Assembly (NCBI GenBank): GCA_031418035.1
Contig: JANOWU010000038.1
Span: 217 to 64,216, forward strand
Origin: Acidimicrobiia bacterium
GTDB lineage: Bacteria > Actinomycetota > Acidimicrobiia > Acidimicrobiales > JANYDT01
Direction of reading: 5' to 3'
Length of the DNA stretch: 64,000 nucleotides
In this document: piece by piece, positions 60,940-64,000 of the stretch
Position numbering within the stretch: the first letter of the stretch is position 1
Layout: each line of letters starts with the position of its first letter
Translations under genes and position numbers: made by a program
The notes under the pieces: generated by a model
The model's input: only the letters and a program-made list of their open reading frames with translations
What the model was told of the DNA's origin: nothing
The model's database searches: none

Positions 60940-61012
60940 TGGAGATGATGGGAATCGAACCCACTACCTCTTCATTGCGAACGAAGCGCTCTGCCAAATG
61001 AGCTACATCCCC
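60940..61012 (-). tRNA. tRNA-Ala (anticodon CGC)
   Basis: The cloverleaf is readable. Acceptor GGGGATG/CATCTCC with G3:U70. D-arm GCTC-ATTTGGCA-GAGC. Anticodon stem CTTCG/TGAAG with loop TTCGCAA. T-arm GTGGG-TTCGATT-CCCAT. CCA is not encoded. Confidence 0.9.
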
Positions 61013-61077
61013 AAGACGACACTGATGTTAGCGATCACCGAGCCGTATGTCGCCACGATTGATTCGGGCGAAGGTGG

Positions 61078-61641
61078 TTACGACGCTCGGTCGTAATACT
61101 GCTCGTAGCCCTGTGCCTGGCGAGGCATTGGCGTATGGCGTGATGTCGGGCGACCCCGCGTCGCCGAGCGAGTGTGTTTCATGCGCAGAAGCGCCACGAA
61201 GTACAGGGCGAGTGCTACGTCGACAAGTGCGTGAAGCCCGAGCAGGAACCGCAGGCCCGGTACGAACGAAAGAAGGAAGGTGACCACTGCGGCACTGAAA
61301 AGGCCGAGAACGATTTGACGTTGACGCCGCACCGCCGGTGACACGTGGTGCTGGGGACGCTGGACGCTGCGACGGGAACTGTTCGCAAAGGTCGAAGCAC
61401 CAGGGAACGCGCCGGGTGCCTCGGGGTAGCTGGAACCGGGAAACGGGTTCGCGCTGCTGCTGGACCACAGCGGTGCGGGCGAGCGCCGAGAGGAGCGACG
61501 CAGGGCAGAGCCGAGGCCGGCAATGGAGGAGCCGAGACCAAGGAGCGAGAAGCTGCCTCGTTCGGATCGCCTGCGGAGTCCGGCGGGGATAAGTACTAGT
61601 CCCCAGCCGATGGCCAGCAACCCTAGGAAAATTCGTGGCAC
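61078..61641 (-). CDS. hypothetical membrane protein (TM helices at both ends, Ser/Arg/Pro-rich middle)
   Basis: GTG start. N-terminal IFLGLLAIGWGLVLIPAGL and C-terminal IVLGLFSAAVVTFLLSFVP...LVDVALALYFVALL. Confidence 0.45.
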   Translation of the reverse strand: MPRIFLGLLAIGWGLVLIPAGLRRRSERGSFSLLGLGSSIAGLGSALRRSSRRSPAPLWSSSSANPFPGSSYPEAPGAFPGASTFANSSRRSVQRPQHHVSPAVRRQRQIVLGLFSAAVVTFLLSFVPGLRFLLGLHALVDVALALYFVALLRMKHTRSATRGRPTSRHTPMPRQAQGYEQYYDRAS

Positions 61642-61818
61642 AGCTTCGTTCGTCCCTTACGGTCGGGTCAGTGTCTTGCGATGACTGACGGATGTTCTGG
61701 CGTGAATCGAACGCTAGAGCTTTGCACACACCGCACCAGTCAGCCAAACAATGCTAGCAGTGTACTGCCGTTTGCTAGCTTTTGCAAGCGATCAAGTTGG
61801 TGGAGGGAGGCCGATAAC

Positions 61819-62724
61819 ATGACCGAAATGGGCCCTTCGCCGTCACTACCTCCTCACCGGACCGACGCTGCATCCGAGCCCCTGTATGGCTTCGACGGGA
61901 CCCACTACCTCCCCGGTCCTCTGACGATCGGGCCTTGGAATCCGTCGGCCCAACATGGTGGTCCGCCAGCCGGGTTGATGGCGACGCTGCTCGAGGGTTT
62001 CGAGGGTGGCGACTCGATGTTTCTCGCCCGCACGACGGTTGAACTGCTCCGGCCGGTGCCACTGGCGCCGCTGGTGGCCCGAGTGCGACTCGTGCGCCCC
62101 GGCAAGAAAGTGCAACTGGTGGAGGCTTCGCTGTGGGCGAACGGCCCGCCGGACGACCCTGCGGCGACCGAGGTGGTGCGAGCGATTGGGCTGCGCCTCA
62201 GGCGGGGGAGTGCTGACGCCCACGATCTTGTGCAGCGCGCCGAATCAGTGAATGCCGACGTCGATCGTCGCGCCGCGGTGCAGTCCCAACCCGGCACGGG
62301 TGTTCTCCAGGAATTCGAAGACGACGAGGGCGTTGGCTTCGGCCGGCGAGGGTTTCACGCCGACGCGGTCGAGTTGAGGTTCAGTACGGGCGGCATGCGA
62401 CAACAGGGGCCGGGCACGATGTGGGGGCGGCTTCTCCATCCGATCGTCGGCACCGAGCCGGCCCGGGGCGTGCCACTCGCGGTGGCCTTGAGCGATTTCG
62501 GCAATGCGGTTTCGAGCGTGACCGACATGGATAGCTGGAGCTTCATCAACGCAGATCTCACCGTCTCGTTGCATCGCGAACCGGTCGGGGAATGGATCTG
62601 TCTCGATGCCGTCACGCATGTGTCGAACTTGGGCGTCGGGTTGGCGAGTTCGGCCCTCTTCGACGAGCAAGGTCCGATAGGTCGCGCTGCGGCGACGCTC
62701 CTTCTCGAACCTCGAAACCCTTAA
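61819..62724 (+). CDS. thioesterase-superfamily (acyl-CoA thioesterase-like, double hot-dog) protein
   Basis: Start at ATG 61819 with ggagggagg upstream. Pattern ...NPSAQHGGPPAGLMA... and a second-half ADLTVSLHR resemble the PF13622-type family. The call is tentative. Confidence 0.55.
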   Translation: MTEMGPSPSLPPHRTDAASEPLYGFDGTHYLPGPLTIGPWNPSAQHGGPPAGLMATLLEGFEGGDSMFLARTTVELLRPVPLAPLVARVRLVRPGKKVQLVEASLWANGPPDDPAATEVVRAIGLRLRRGSADAHDLVQRAESVNADVDRRAAVQSQPGTGVLQEFEDDEGVGFGRRGFHADAVELRFSTGGMRQQGPGTMWGRLLHPIVGTEPARGVPLAVALSDFGNAVSSVTDMDSWSFINADLTVSLHREPVGEWICLDAVTHVSNLGVGLASSALFDEQGPIGRAAATLLLEPRNP

Positions 62725-62812
62725 GGAAGCCCTCTTGAGCGCCGACGTGCTGCATTAAGGTTTCTACAGCCCGGCTGTGACGGTTCGCAGCCCAGATGGA
62801 CAAGGAATTTCC

Positions 62813-63898
62813 ATGAGCGAATTGCGTAACGACTTTGCCCCCGGTGTGATTGTTGGACAGGCGGTGAAAGAGGTGTTCGCCCTCGCGAAGGCCAAAGGCT
62901 TTGCCCTCCCGGCGGTGAACTGCGTCGGTTCCAACTCCATGAATTCCACGATGGAAACGGCCGCCGCGTTGAACTCGCCGGTCATCATTCAGTTCTCCAA
63001 CAGCGGCGCTGCGTTCGTCGCCGGAAAGGCGTTGCCGGTGGAGGCGAATCGCGCCTCGATGTTCGGGTCGCTCGCCGGCGCAGACCATGTGAACCGTCTT
63101 GCCGAAGCCTATGGCGCTCGGGTGATTCTGCACACCGATCACTGTGCCAAGAAGTTGCTCCCCTGGATCGACGGCTTGCTCGATGCCGGTGAGGCGCACT
63201 ACAAAGCGACCGGCAAGCCGCTGTTCAGCTCACACATGCTCGATCTTTCCGAAGAGTCGATCGAGGAAAACGTCGAGATCTCCAAGCGCTACCTGGAACG
63301 GATGTCGGCGATCGACATGACTCTCGAGGTCGAACTGGGAATCACCGGTGGGGAGGAGGATGGCGTCGACAACTCCGATGCCGACGAGAGCGATCTGTAT
63401 TCCAAGCCCACGGAGGTGGCCTACGTGTACGAAGAGCTCATGAAGGTCAGCGATCGCTTCACCATCGCCGCTGCGTTCGGCAACGTCCACGGTGTGTACA
63501 AACCCGGCAATGTGAAGTTGAAGCCGTCGATCCTCAAAGCCAGTCAAGAGTTCATTCAAGCGGCCTACAAGACCGGGCCGCTTCCGGTCGACTTCGTGTT
63601 CCACGGTGGTTCGGGATCTTCGGCGGCCGAAATCGCTGAGGCGATCAGCTACGGCGTGGTGAAGATGAACATCGATACCGATCTTCAGTGGGCTTTCTGG
63701 GACGGCATTCGGGGCTACGAAGCGACAAAGCGTCCGTATCTGCAGGGCCAGATCGGCAACCCCGAGGGTGAGGACAAGCCGAACAAGAAGCAGTACGACC
63801 CGCGGCAGTGGCTGCGCGCCGGTGAGACGAGCTTCTCGGCACGGCTGAAGCAGGCCTTCGAAGAGCTCAACAACGTGGGGACGCTCACCGCTCCCTGA
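62813..63898 (+). CDS. fba: class II fructose-bisphosphate aldolase
   Basis: Start at ATG 62813 with an aagga RBS. ALPAVNCVGSNSMN, ILHTDHCAKK, FGNVHGVYKPGNVKL and FVFHGGSGS blocks. Confidence 0.9.
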   Translation: MSELRNDFAPGVIVGQAVKEVFALAKAKGFALPAVNCVGSNSMNSTMETAAALNSPVIIQFSNSGAAFVAGKALPVEANRASMFGSLAGADHVNRLAEAYGARVILHTDHCAKKLLPWIDGLLDAGEAHYKATGKPLFSSHMLDLSEESIEENVEISKRYLERMSAIDMTLEVELGITGGEEDGVDNSDADESDLYSKPTEVAYVYEELMKVSDRFTIAAAFGNVHGVYKPGNVKLKPSILKASQEFIQAAYKTGPLPVDFVFHGGSGSSAAEIAEAISYGVVKMNIDTDLQWAFWDGIRGYEATKRPYLQGQIGNPEGEDKPNKKQYDPRQWLRAGETSFSARLKQAFEELNNVGTLTAP

Positions 63899-63917
63899 GT
63901 GTTGCTCGCTCCTCGCT

Positions 63918-63959
63918 GGAGTTCCGATCGACGTGGTCCACGAAGTCGATCGAGACTCC
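63918..63959 (+). terminator. long imperfect hairpin downstream of fba
   Basis: ggagttccgatcgac ... gtcgatcgagactcc: 15-bp arms with 2 mismatches and a 12-nt loop. No clear U-tract. Confidence 0.35.
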
Positions 63960-64000
63960 GGTGACTGCATGCTTCATGCTGACGGCGCTCGCCGGTGGAT

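Noticed and set aside
60886-61100. tRNA-Ala as an integration site for a mobile element
   Set aside because: No integrase, excisionase or phage-like genes flank it. I found no direct repeat of the tRNA 3' end within the window.

Overview
High-GC chromosomal segment that looks actinobacterial. This is an inference from gene order resembling mycobacterial core regions and from an LAXTG sortase signal. It holds about 60 protein genes and one tRNA-Ala(CGC). All calls come from reading motifs in the supplied translations and the DNA; no searches were run.

Core content:
- PccB-like fragment
- OmpR-type response regulator, histidine kinase and HtrA/PepD-like protease module
- udgB
- an uncharacterised trio: phosphomutase, DUF3090 and SCO1664-like
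- ilvD
- gatCAB coupled to a rhomboid protease, a flavin reductase and small membrane proteins
- ligA, mnmA and a cysteine desulfurase
- a glycogen cluster (GalT-like, glgX, glgB, glgP) interrupted by a thiolase
- crotonase, meaB and an MFS transporter
- a J-domain protein and a hydrolase
- uppP
- the SAF, FmdB(Ruc-like), galU, moeA, moaA and moaC block
- fba

Accessory-looking content:
- A Tad/Flp pilus island at about 14.7-24.2 kb with a tandemly duplicated flp cassette. A ferredoxin/SCP2/LuxR insert separates the pilins from cpaB-tadZ-tadA-tadB-tadC. TadB carries an N-terminal extracytoplasmic VWA-like domain. No prepilin peptidase or TadE/F/G genes are visible.
- A surface protein of about 1500 aa with SdrD-B-like repeats and an LAFTG sorting signal, split by a frameshift at a G4 run.
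- A 472-aa membrane-anchored poly-Thr/Pro protein whose stop lies 3 nt from the glgB start.

Also notable:
- a CIRCE-like operator upstream of the FmdB/Ruc-like gene
- a two-copy 77-bp composite palindromic repeat family
- several independent intergenic tandem duplications: 57 bp x2, 56 bp x2, 10 bp x8, about 20-23 bp x3 and 502 bp x2

I saw no CRISPR array, transposase, integrase, reverse transcriptase or recognisable defence system. The novelty candidates are architectural variants, not a clearly new system.
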